Program-made: the position numbers and the translations under genes
Source: Candidatus Lustribacter sp.
Lineage (GTDB): Bacteria > Vulcanimicrobiota > Vulcanimicrobiia > Vulcanimicrobiales > Vulcanimicrobiaceae
Reading direction: 5' to 3'
Length of the DNA stretch: 64,000 nucleotides
Assembly (NCBI GenBank): GCA_965277805.1
Contig: OZ255842.1
Location: forward strand, 4,960,001-5,024,000
Notes under the pieces: generated by a model
What the model was told of the DNA's origin: nothing
What the model saw: only the letters and a program-made list of their open reading frames with translations
The model's database searches: none
Shown here: positions 1 to 8,884 of the stretch, piece after piece
How positions within the stretch are numbered: the stretch's first letter is position 1
Layout of the letters: each line of letters begins with the position of its first letter

Positions 1-402
1 GGCGATCACGGCTACTGGGGCGCGCAACTGCTCGAGCCCTACGTCGACGAAGAAGTGAGCTGGTCGATCCGCGCGCATCAGGTGCTGCGGTTCTATCCCG
101 ACGAGCAGTACGGCTACAAGTATCCGGATCTCTACATCAAGTTCTTCGGCGCCGATTACAAGCCCGAACCCTACATCGAACGCGCCTACCAGAAAATCAA
201 AAACCATAAGTGGTATGAAACCGCGCGCCTGATCACCGTCAACGACATCTACTCGTTCGATCCGAACATGTCGGTGAGCCTCGACCCGTTCCGCGACATC
301 GTCGCGCGCAATTTCCGTCAGCCCGAAGAAGGTTTGGGCTGGGACGATTCCCCGTCGTCGCACATGTGGCGCACGATCAACTGGCCGACCCGCTTCTTAT
401 AG
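1..402 (+). CDS. HD-domain-like hydrolase, C-terminal fragment (5' end outside window)
   Basis: Frame 1 open from base 1 (GDHGYWGAQLLEPYVDEEVSWSIRAHQ...NDIYSFDP) to TAG 400-402; coding-like codon usage; resembles the C-terminal half of HD-superfamily proteins. Confidence 0.55.
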   Translation, partial: GDHGYWGAQLLEPYVDEEVSWSIRAHQVLRFYPDEQYGYKYPDLYIKFFGADYKPEPYIERAYQKIKNHKWYETARLITVNDIYSFDPNMSVSLDPFRDIVARNFRQPEEGLGWDDSPSSHMWRTINWPTRFL

Positions 403-1444
403 GCAATCCGGCGGCGTCGAACGACGTCCCGACGAGTAGCTGCAGGTAACGGCTGTAACTGACCACGCCGCCCGCGACGCCGTTGGCGCGCAGGTAGCGA
501 TCGTACACGCTCCAACTGAACGAGAAGAGCCGCGGGTTGTAGTAGCGCTCGAAGCGTTCGCGGCCGGCGGCGAAGTCGGCCAGCACCGCCGGCGCGAGAT
601 GCAGGCGCTTGCGGTCGCTCTCGGGGAGCTCGCCGTAGGTCCAGTACGCGCCGGAGTAGCGGATCAACGGATCCGGCGAACGCAGGCACGTCAGCGTGCC
701 GATTAGGTTCGCGTCGCCCTCGTCGCCGAAGCCGGCCGCGTGCGACCACTCGTGCGCCAGCGCGCGCGGAACTTCAAACGGCAGAAACGAGGCGTTGAGC
801 AGCGTTTCGAACGCGAACGGATCGTACTGGCCGCCGACGCCGGCCATTTCATACAGCCGTTCGGCGACGGTCGTTTTCGGCACGGTGACGGCGGGCGTCC
901 AGGTGTCGCCGAGCCGCGCGACGACCGGCAAGAAGTCGCGCGCTAATTCGGCGCGCATCGCTGCCGAACTCTCCGTGCGCATGCGTTCGTGGGCGGGACC
1001 GGCATCGGTGTTGAGGATCGCTGCAATCCGGTCGGCGAAGGCCGAGACGCTCGCGGGCGTTACGCGCGCGGCAACGTAGTCGACGCGCGCGGCAACCGGC
1101 GCGCGCCGGTAATTCCAGCCCCACAAGAGGTTGAAGGCGATGACGATCGCGGCTGCGAGTGCGGCGGTATGCGCGCATAAGACGAGCACGGTGCGCAGGC
1201 GCGGTGCCTGCGCCCGCCGCAGCGCAATCGTCCAGCCCGCGATGACGGCCACGGCGACGAGCGCCACCTCGAGATCGCTGACCGCAAACGGAACCGCGTT
1301 CGAGAGCGGTACGAACGCCGTGTTCAACGCGGCGTAGAATCCGTTCGCGTACACATGCTCGAGCGTTGCCGGCGGAATCGGCAGGCCGGCCACGACGAAG
1401 GCGAGCGCGATCAGCCCGGCGTCGAGGGCGAGCCCGCGTTTCAC
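377..1444 (-). CDS. DUF3810-family membrane-anchored zinc metalloprotease-like protein
   Basis: N-terminal TM helices, LLWGWNYRR, and HEXXH with downstream E (AHEWSHAAGFGDEGDAN), then IRYSG. Confidence 0.8.
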   Translation of the reverse strand: MKRGLALDAGLIALAFVVAGLPIPPATLEHVYANGFYAALNTAFVPLSNAVPFAVSDLEVALVAVAVIAGWTIALRRAQAPRLRTVLVLCAHTAALAAAIVIAFNLLWGWNYRRAPVAARVDYVAARVTPASVSAFADRIAAILNTDAGPAHERMRTESSAAMRAELARDFLPVVARLGDTWTPAVTVPKTTVAERLYEMAGVGGQYDPFAFETLLNASFLPFEVPRALAHEWSHAAGFGDEGDANLIGTLTCLRSPDPLIRYSGAYWTYGELPESDRKRLHLAPAVLADFAAGRERFERYYNPRLFSFSWSVYDRYLRANGVAGGVVSYSRYLQLLVGTSFDAAGLPIRSGSAS

Positions 1445-2211
1445 GGAAAGAGATACGTCGAGAGTTCGCCCACGCGCGTGAAGCCGATGCGGTCGTACAA
1501 CCGGAGCGCTTCGGTGTTGAAGTCGTTCACGTACAGCGAGACCGTCGGATTGGACGCGAGCAGCCGTCGAGCCGTTGCAGCGAGGGCGCGCGTTGCATAG
1601 CCGTTACCGCGCAGCTTCGCCGGCGTCCAGACGCCCTGGATCTGCGCCGTCACCGGCGTGCGGGCGCCGATGTTGCATTGAAAGCGCAGCTCGTTGTCGA
1701 CGATCCACACCCACCAGCATCCGAGCTCGATCGCATGGCGCACCCCGGCCACAAACGTCGAGCGTTGCGCGCGCGGATCGTAACCCAATTCGCCGAGGAT
1801 CATGCGCGCCGAATGGTCGGCCACGAGTTCGGTCTCATCGCTGCGCGCCTGCCGCACCTCGACATCTTCGAATTCGCCCAAGCCTTGCGGCCACAGCGCG
1901 TAGAGCGGCTGCCGCTCGCGCACGATCACCGGCGGCCGGTGCCAGGTCTTGACGCGATTCCAGATGCCGTCGACCGCGCGCTTGGGCCCGACGAAGCTGC
2001 GCAAGCCCGGATACTTGCGCGTTTCGACGGCGAACGCATCGAGCGCGGCCGCGTCGTCAGCCGCCACCACGAGCTGCGAACCGAAGTAGATCACGCCGCG
2101 CACGCTGCCGTCGCGTTTGCGATCGAGCGCCATCTCGTCGGGCGCGTAGGGTCCGTGGCCGCCGTCGAGGACCCAGTGCAGGAAGGCATTCTCAAACGGA
2201 CGCGCCGCCAC
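1441..2211 (-). CDS. GNAT N-acetyltransferase (DUF4081/FR47-like)
   Basis: Acetyl-CoA motif QIQGVWTPAKLRGNGYA and C-terminal LYVNDFNTEALRLYDRIGF; true start may be slightly upstream. Confidence 0.85.
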   Translation of the reverse strand: MAARPFENAFLHWVLDGGHGPYAPDEMALDRKRDGSVRGVIYFGSQLVVAADDAAALDAFAVETRKYPGLRSFVGPKRAVDGIWNRVKTWHRPPVIVRERQPLYALWPQGLGEFEDVEVRQARSDETELVADHSARMILGELGYDPRAQRSTFVAGVRHAIELGCWWVWIVDNELRFQCNIGARTPVTAQIQGVWTPAKLRGNGYATRALAATARRLLASNPTVSLYVNDFNTEALRLYDRIGFTRVGELSTYLFP

Positions 2212-2263
2212 GAAGGCCAGCGCGTCACGTCGATTGTAACGGTTTACGGATTCAAGCAGAGTG

Positions 2264-3037
2264 TCAGCTAAGCGGTTGAACGAATGCCGGCTTCGTCGTC
2301 GGCTGGCGGCTACCGCCCTCCGGTTCGACGGTTATCGCGACCGCTGACAAGTTCCCGGCATCTTGGGGAATCGGCACGAGCGTGATGCCATTTTGGCTCG
2401 GCGAGAAGGTAACGCTGGGCGCCATGTTCTTTGCGCCGCGTGACTGCGTCCACGCTTGGTACACTTTGCCGCGCGGCGGCGGCGGCAGCGAACTGAGCGC
2501 GAGGTAGATGTTGGCGCCGCGCACGACGACGGTTCCATAAGCGACCGTATACCGCTTGGAGTCGCTCGCGGTGAGGTCGGTCAGCATCCGCCGGTCGAGT
2601 GCCACGGTTCGCCGGTCGGCATCGAGGCGCGTTTGCAGCGTCGCAACGCGCGTTTGGGCATCGTGCAGATCCGACCGCAAACCGAAGTTCTGAATCACGC
2701 TGACGAGCGCAAACACCACCGCTGCCGCGGCAGCGAGCGTGGTGCCCCACATTGCGCTCGAGCGCGTTGCGCTGGCCGGCGTGCGCGGCGCCGCGTCCTC
2801 CCGCACCGTGGCCAACAAGCGTTCTTTCATCCGTGCCGCGCGATTGCTGTCGACGGGTTCTTCGGCCGAAAGACCGACCATATTCGCGGTTGCGCGCAAT
2901 TCGTCGAACTCGCGACGCGCTTCGGGATCGGCTAGGATGAACGCCGCCACCTGGCCGACCTGTGCTGCGGGCAACACGCCGAGCGCGTAAGCAGCGACCA
3001 AATCGAGCAGCCCCTCGCGATCCGACGATTCGCTCAT
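2264..3037 (-). CDS. rskA: Anti-sigma factor, RskA-like
   Basis: N-terminal AAYALGVL, single TM, C-terminal PRGKVYQAW...AITVEPEGGSRQPT; 4-nt overlap with the ECF sigma gene. Confidence 0.85.
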   Translation of the reverse strand: MSESSDREGLLDLVAAYALGVLPAAQVGQVAAFILADPEARREFDELRATANMVGLSAEEPVDSNRAARMKERLLATVREDAAPRTPASATRSSAMWGTTLAAAAAVVFALVSVIQNFGLRSDLHDAQTRVATLQTRLDADRRTVALDRRMLTDLTASDSKRYTVAYGTVVVRGANIYLALSSLPPPPRGKVYQAWTQSRGAKNMAPSVTFSPSQNGITLVPIPQDAGNLSAVAITVEPEGGSRQPTTKPAFVQPLS

Positions 3038-3570
3038 CGTGAGACCGCCTCGCTCAGGGCTTCGCGCAGGCGGCGTAAGCCGGTGCGGATGCGCGTTTTG
3101 ATCGTGCCCAGCGGAATGCCGGTCCGCTGCGCGATCTCTTCGTGAGTGATGCCGGCAAAGAAGCCCATTTCGATCGGTGTTCGCTGTTCCTCGCTAAGCG
3201 CCGAGAGGGCCCCGCGTACCCGCTGTGCGTCGATGTTGGCAAAGACGGTGGCGTCGGTCGATGCTTCGGCCGGAATGTCGGCCGGGATCTCGTCCGACGG
3301 ACGGTTGGCGCGGCTGCGCATCACGTCGAGCGCGCGATTGCGCGTGACGCGGCTCAGCCAGCCGGCGAAGTTGCCCTCGCGGAACGTTTCGGGCGAGGTC
3401 CAGAGTTTGAGGAAGATCGACTGGGTGACGTCTTCGGCCACGCCGGCGTCGGCTGCGACGCGCAGCGCGATGCCGAACACCAGGCGATGATAGCCGTCGT
3501 AGAGGTGCTCGAACGCATCGACATCTCGTGCGCGCACTCGCTCCATCAGGCGTGCACCGTCTTCCACCAC
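3034..3570 (-). CDS. sigK: ECF RNA polymerase sigma factor (SigK-like)
   Basis: Region 2 AEDVTQSIFLKLW...WLSRVTRNRALD; region 4 GITHEEIAQRTGIPLGTIKTRIRTGL; paired with an RskA-like gene. Confidence 0.85.
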   Translation of the reverse strand: MVEDGARLMERVRARDVDAFEHLYDGYHRLVFGIALRVAADAGVAEDVTQSIFLKLWTSPETFREGNFAGWLSRVTRNRALDVMRSRANRPSDEIPADIPAEASTDATVFANIDAQRVRGALSALSEEQRTPIEMGFFAGITHEEIAQRTGIPLGTIKTRIRTGLRRLREALSEAVSR

Positions 3571-3656
3571 TTCATTCCAGTTCGTGCGGTCAATCTCGGA
3601 ACCCCGTAAACCAAACGGCGAGCCGGACGCGGCGGATGGGGGTCGAAGGCGCCAGT

Positions 3657-4844
3657 GTGACCGGCATTGCAGGCACCGCCACCCTCTTGGTCGGCCTCTT
3701 GGGGGTTGCGCTGCTGGTCGCCCTCGTTGCCGAGCGGATCCGGGTGCCGAGCGCGGTCGCCCTGGTCGCCTTCGGGGCCGGCACTGCCGCCGTTCACCCC
3801 GTGGCGCTGCCGTTTCACTTCGGGGATGCGCTGCTTTTCATTTTCCTACCGCCGCTGATCTTCGAGGCGGCGTGGTCGATCGATCCGGGGGCGCTGAGCC
3901 GCACGGCGTTGCGCATCGCGCTGCTGGCGTTGCCCGGGGTCGTGCTTGTGGCGGGCACGATCGGCTTCGGGATCGCGCTCTCCGGCCAGCTCCCGCTGGC
4001 TTCGGCAATCGTGCTCGGCGCGATTGTCTCGGCGACCGACCCCGTCGCGGTGATCGCGATCTTCCGGCGCTTGCACGTGCCGGTCGATCTGCTGACGATC
4101 GTCGAGGGCGAGTCGATCGCCAACGACGGCGTTGCAATCGTGCTCTACGCGCTCGCGCTGGCGTTTGCATCCGGCGGCGCGACGGGCTCGCTCGTGGTCG
4201 CAAGCGAGCACGCCGTGACCGCGATCGCGGGCGGCATCGTCATCGGAGTTGCGTGCGCGTTCGTCGTGGCTTTCGTCATGGGCCGCACGCGTTCGGGGCC
4301 GCTGGAGATTTCGGCAACGGTCGTCCTGGCATTCCTCGCCTACCTCGGCGCCGATGCGCTGCATTGCTCGGGCGTGTTCGCAACCGCCGCGGCGGGAATC
4401 GCGCTGCGCGGCTTCGCGCACATCGCGCCGGTCACCGAAAATGCCGACGACGTTGATACGTTCTGGAGCGCGATCGCGTTCATCGTGAACGCGATGGTGT
4501 TTCTGGCCACCGGCCTCGTCGTGCAAGTCGCGCGCATCGCCGACCACCCGCTGCTCGTGATCGTCGCGATCGTCGCCGCGGTGCTCTCGCGCGTCGTGCT
4601 GGCGCGATTGATCATCCGCCCGGCGTCGTGGCGCATTACGGTTGTGTTTGCGGGCATGCGCGGCGGCTTGTCGCTGGCACTTGCACTCGCGCTGCCGGCG
4701 GCGTTACCGTTTCGTGACGAAATCGTCGATGCGGTGTTCGGCGTCGTGCTGTTCACCCTGATCGTGCAGGGCATCGCGCTCGAACCGGTGTTGCGCCGCT
4801 TAGGTTTTCAGAGCGGGAGCGGCGGCCCGTCGTTGTCCTCGTAG
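3657..4844 (+). CDS. Na+/H+ antiporter, CPA1 family
   Basis: IFLPPLIFEAA, GAIVSATDPVAV, IVEGESIANDGVAI, GMRGGLSLALAL; start GTG 3657 (ATG 3636 alternative). Confidence 0.9.
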   Translation: MTGIAGTATLLVGLLGVALLVALVAERIRVPSAVALVAFGAGTAAVHPVALPFHFGDALLFIFLPPLIFEAAWSIDPGALSRTALRIALLALPGVVLVAGTIGFGIALSGQLPLASAIVLGAIVSATDPVAVIAIFRRLHVPVDLLTIVEGESIANDGVAIVLYALALAFASGGATGSLVVASEHAVTAIAGGIVIGVACAFVVAFVMGRTRSGPLEISATVVLAFLAYLGADALHCSGVFATAAAGIALRGFAHIAPVTENADDVDTFWSAIAFIVNAMVFLATGLVVQVARIADHPLLVIVAIVAAVLSRVVLARLIIRPASWRITVVFAGMRGGLSLALALALPAALPFRDEIVDAVFGVVLFTLIVQGIALEPVLRRLGFQSGSGGPSLSS

Positions 4845-5920
4845 GTCGCGCGCGGCGGCGGCGGATCGGGCATCGCCGGCCCTTCCTCGTGCCCGAGCGA
4901 GACCGGCATCCGCAGTTCGGGCAGATCAAAGCCGAAGCTCGACATGTCTTCGGGCGGCCGCGGACGGCGCCGCGTTTTCAGCGGCGGCGAATCGGATGGC
5001 GGCGGCGGGGCCATGACGGGCGGGGGGGCGGCCGGTCCCGGCGGCGGCGCAGCCATCTTCGCCTGTTCTTCGAACGGCACGATCTCTTTCGGCTCGAGGA
5101 AATCGTCGCTGGCCTCGTCGATGATCGTGTTGGCGAACGCTTCGGCCTTCGGCAGCATCAGGCTGTCGTTGCGTTTACGGCCGCGGACGATCGAGGCATC
5201 GAGCAGCGCGCGGACGCCGTTGAGCGGAATACCGGAGATCGGGACGAGGTTGTAGAGATCCTCGATCGGTTCGACCGTGGCGCGTGAGGCCACGATGTAG
5301 GCGTTGAGGTCGAAGGTGGCGGCCTGCAAGCGATGCGCGAGCGTCACGTCCGGTCCGACGACCGTGTATTCGCGGCGGTTGGCGAAGCCCGCGTCGCCCG
5401 CGATCACGATCCCGGAGTTCACGCCGACCCCAACGCGCAGAGCGCGGCGTCCCTGCTGGGCCCATTTCTGCTGCATCACGTTGACCAGCCGTACGATGTT
5501 GATGGCGGCCCGCAATGCGTGGTCTTCCTGCTGGTGGTCTTCGAGCGGGACGCCGAAGATGCCGACGACGCCGTCTTCAAGAAAGCGGTGCAGCACTCCG
5601 TGCTGGCGTTCGATGGACGATCCGGCCATCGCATAAAACTCGTTGAGATAACGCAGGGTCTGTTCGGGAGTGAGGTCCTCCATGAAGTGCGAAAAGTTCC
5701 AGATGCGGCACACCAAGATCGTCGCCCGCAAGTCGCGGCCGGTGAAAATGCGCTCGTCTTTCCGGTTGAGGAGCTCTTCGACGATCGACGGCGGCACGTA
5801 TCGTGAGAAGGTCGAGCGGACGCGCCGAACCTCAGCCTGCTCGGTGCGCCAGCGGCGGATGAGGACCACGCAAACCACCAGCGCGGCGAGGAACGCCACG
5901 CTTACCAGGGCGACCGCCAT
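4808..5920 (-). CDS. Membrane-anchored class III nucleotide cyclase-like protein with Pro-rich tail; catalytic residues degenerate
   Basis: TM, FSRYVPP, LRVGVGVNSG, YTVVG..V.LAHRL; C-terminal PPPP-rich tail. Confidence 0.85.
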   Translation of the reverse strand: MAVALVSVAFLAALVVCVVLIRRWRTEQAEVRRVRSTFSRYVPPSIVEELLNRKDERIFTGRDLRATILVCRIWNFSHFMEDLTPEQTLRYLNEFYAMAGSSIERQHGVLHRFLEDGVVGIFGVPLEDHQQEDHALRAAINIVRLVNVMQQKWAQQGRRALRVGVGVNSGIVIAGDAGFANRREYTVVGPDVTLAHRLQAATFDLNAYIVASRATVEPIEDLYNLVPISGIPLNGVRALLDASIVRGRKRNDSLMLPKAEAFANTIIDEASDDFLEPKEIVPFEEQAKMAAPPPGPAAPPPVMAPPPPSDSPPLKTRRRPRPPEDMSSFGFDLPELRMPVSLGHEEGPAMPDPPPPRATYEDNDGPPLPL

Positions 5921-5959
5921 TCAGGCCTCCTTCGACCTCGGCGTGGTAAACCCGGCGCG

Positions 5960-6367
5960 ATGAGTGAGGGTACGGGTGAGACAGGCGGTACCGCGATCGT
6001 CCCCGGCTATGCCGGCCACGCCGATGCGCGGGCGCGCCGGCTGAGCGATCAGCAAGTCCGGGCCTGGGTGGGCGAGATGCTGGCCGATCTCCAGGAGCGC
6101 GTGCCGCCCGACGGGTACGGCGACCGGCTCGACGCGTTGCTGATGCAGTGCGAGTTCGGCGACCAGCACGTGATCAAGGCGGTCGAAGACGATCGGTTCG
6201 GGGAGCCGGAGCTGGTGGAATTGGTTGAGGCGTGCGACCGCAAACTCATTGCGGCGGCGAGTCCCGGCCCGAACATCGGCCCCGACGGGATCCCCGCCCT
6301 GCTCGATGCGCTGGAGACCGCCTTCAAGGAGCGGTCAGCGGCGATCGAAGCGCGGTTAAAACGGTAG
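5960..6367 (+). CDS. Hypothetical protein, 135 aa, acidic and helical
   Basis: Fills the gap between opposite-strand genes; normal codon usage. Confidence 0.6.
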   Translation: MSEGTGETGGTAIVPGYAGHADARARRLSDQQVRAWVGEMLADLQERVPPDGYGDRLDALLMQCEFGDQHVIKAVEDDRFGEPELVELVEACDRKLIAAASPGPNIGPDGIPALLDALETAFKERSAAIEARLKR

Positions 6368-8824
6368 CTTGATCGCCCCGCGGACTTTGTTGATCACGGT
6401 GTTCTCCACGCTCTGAACGTTGGTCGGAACGCCGAGCTCGGAAAACTTGTCGATCGCGGCCTGCGTGAGTTTGTTGACTTGCGCGTTGATGATGCCGTTG
6501 ACCAAGTTCGCGACCAGCGATTGGCCGGGGAGCACCTTCACCGTTTGGCCCGCGAGGTTACCCGCGGTGTACGTGACCTGGACGCCGTCGGATTGGCTCG
6601 AGTTGTAGACGTTGAGCGTGAGGTTGTTGTCCTCGACGTCGATGTCGCCTTCGGTTCCGCGGACGGCAATCTGGGTCGTCGGCGTCACGAACGTGTAGTT
6701 CGCCTTGCCGCCTTGCGGGTGCTCGACTTGAAACCGCGTCTTCCCCTGATAGACGACGAACTTCGCGCTCGCGATATCGGTTTGGTTGAAGAACGCGAGC
6801 TGAACGCGCGTCATCTCGCCGAGCGTGACGATTGAGGAATCGGGCAGCGCGACTTGCGCCTGCGAAGCGGTTTGCGTAACGGCGGTGTCGCTGTCGGTGA
6901 GCAGCTGCTTCACTTTCGGCACCAGCGAATGCGGAGTGCCGTCGCGTTCGTAGGAGACGGCGCCCTTTACGTTGGTGAGCACCTTATCGTTGTCGCTGCG
7001 CGCGGCGAGCGGAAGGATCGCGAGCATCAGCGCCAGCGCGGTGGCCGCGGCCGTGCGGACCGTGGGCGAGTTGAGGCTGCGCGCGATCACCGCGCCGCAC
7101 ACCAGCGCGAGGACCGCGAAGCCCGTCCCCGGCAACGGTTCGGCCAGCACGAAGTCGCCGATCGCAAACAGCGTGCCGAAAACGAGGCCGAGTCCGGCCA
7201 GCCAATCGATCAGCGCGAGCCCGAGTGATTCGCCGGGCGGCGCGGGTGGAGCGAGACGGGCTATTCGTTTCCAGCCGAAATCGTCAGGTCGCACGCGTTC
7301 AAAAAAACGGAGCAAGGTGGCCTCGGTTTCAGGCTGGGTCGCGTATGTGACGGCGATCCAACCAACGGTGGTTATTGCGACGGTGATCAGCAATCGCTTC
7401 GCCGTGGCGTTCGGATCATCTCCCGAGACCGCGTTGAACGAGTAGATCGCGGTGCCCACGACCGCCGAGATCGCTAAGGCCGAAATCTCGCTCCAGGCAT
7501 TGATGCGCCACCAGTACCAGCGCAGGATCATCACGAGACCGACGCCGGCCGTAATCGTGAACATGTACTTCCAGGCATCGCCGACCGAGTGCATCAGCGG
7601 CGTGATCGCCGCGGCCAACACGAGGCACACGCCGGTCATCACCCGCGAGATCATCACGTAGTGACGTTCGTTCGCTTCTTTGCGGATGAAGCGCCGGTAG
7701 AGGTCGTTGGTGAGGTAGGAGGCGCCGAGGTTGAGCTGCGTGCCGATCGTCGACATGTATGCGGCCGCAAAGCCGGCCAGCATCAGTCCGCGCAGCGCCG
7801 GCGGCAAGTAGTCGACCAGCGTTTGCACGTAACCCAGCTCGGGATCGATCTTGCCGTCCGGGCCGGCGACGCCGTGCGGATAGAGGACCAGAGCGCATAG
7901 CGCGACGAGGATCCACGGCCACGGCCGGAGCGCGTAGTGCGCGACGTTGAAGAAGAGCGTTGCCAGCACGGCGTTCTTCTCGTCTTTGGATGCGAAGATG
8001 CGCTGTGCGATGTAGCTGCCGCCGCCGGGTTCGGAACCCGGATACGACGACGCCCACCATGCGACGCCGATGAACACGAGGAACGTGGTGAGAGGCATCC
8101 AGCCGGCGTCACCGGTGGGGAAAAACGATAACAGCGACCCGCCGCCCGAGGCTTGATGAGCGGCATCGAGCACGCTCAGCTTGGCCTTGAGCGCGACGAT
8201 CCCGCCGCAGGCGGCGACCGCGGCGACGGCGAGCACGATCGCCATCGACATCTTCACGATGAACTGCAGCATGTCGGTAACCAGCACCGACCACAGGCCG
8301 CCGATCGTTACGTATAACGCGGTCAGCACGAGGCAGATGTAGAGTGCCGGCAGCGTCGGCACGTGCAACGTCAGCGAGAGCACCTTCACCATCGCGACGT
8401 TGACCCAGCCCATGACGATTGTGTTGATCAGCACGCCCTGGTAGACGGCGCGCACGCCGCGCAGCCACGCCGCGGCCTTGCCGCCGTAGCGCAGTTCGAT
8501 GAACTCGACGTCGGTCAGCACGCCCGAACGGCGCCACAGCGCGGCAAAGAAGAACACCGTCAGCAGGCCGCTCGCCGCCATGTCCCACCACAGCCAGTTG
8601 CCCGCGATGCCGTTGGCGGCAACGAGACCGGTGACCGCCAGCGGCGTATCGACCGCGAACGTCGTTGCGACCATCGACGTGCCGGTGAGCCACCACGGCG
8701 CCTTGCCGCCAGAGACGAAGAACTCGCCGACGTTTTGCGTGCGCGCCGCGAAGTACACGCCGATCCCGAGGTTGACTGCGAAAAACGCAGCGATCACGAA
8801 GATGTCGAGACCGGTCAAGTGCAT
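6356..8824 (-). CDS. Sodium:solute symporter (SSS) fused to a C-terminal FecR-like domain
   Basis: SSS motifs FFVSGGKAPWW, SMVATTFAVDTP, LRYGG, YIAQRIF, AAYMST; C-terminal LPDSSIVTLGEMT...FVTPTTQIAVRGT; start ATG 8824. Confidence 0.85.
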   Translation of the reverse strand: MHLTGLDIFVIAAFFAVNLGIGVYFAARTQNVGEFFVSGGKAPWWLTGTSMVATTFAVDTPLAVTGLVAANGIAGNWLWWDMAASGLLTVFFFAALWRRSGVLTDVEFIELRYGGKAAAWLRGVRAVYQGVLINTIVMGWVNVAMVKVLSLTLHVPTLPALYICLVLTALYVTIGGLWSVLVTDMLQFIVKMSMAIVLAVAAVAACGGIVALKAKLSVLDAAHQASGGGSLLSFFPTGDAGWMPLTTFLVFIGVAWWASSYPGSEPGGGSYIAQRIFASKDEKNAVLATLFFNVAHYALRPWPWILVALCALVLYPHGVAGPDGKIDPELGYVQTLVDYLPPALRGLMLAGFAAAYMSTIGTQLNLGASYLTNDLYRRFIRKEANERHYVMISRVMTGVCLVLAAAITPLMHSVGDAWKYMFTITAGVGLVMILRWYWWRINAWSEISALAISAVVGTAIYSFNAVSGDDPNATAKRLLITVAITTVGWIAVTYATQPETEATLLRFFERVRPDDFGWKRIARLAPPAPPGESLGLALIDWLAGLGLVFGTLFAIGDFVLAEPLPGTGFAVLALVCGAVIARSLNSPTVRTAAATALALMLAILPLAARSDNDKVLTNVKGAVSYERDGTPHSLVPKVKQLLTDSDTAVTQTASQAQVALPDSSIVTLGEMTRVQLAFFNQTDIASAKFVVYQGKTRFQVEHPQGGKANYTFVTPTTQIAVRGTEGDIDVEDNNLTLNVYNSSQSDGVQVTYTAGNLAGQTVKVLPGQSLVANLVNGIINAQVNKLTQAAIDKFSELGVPTNVQSVENTVINKVRGAIKLPF

Positions 8825-8884
8825 GGGTGGGCGTTGCGGATTGAATGCGGGCGTTCCCGCCGCGCGCCGAGGTTCGGCCCCGGC

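Noticed and set aside
8363-8884. 839-aa version of GH20 with a long N-terminal extension
   Set aside because: Extension is antisense to the SSS gene; the signal peptide starts at 8885-8906
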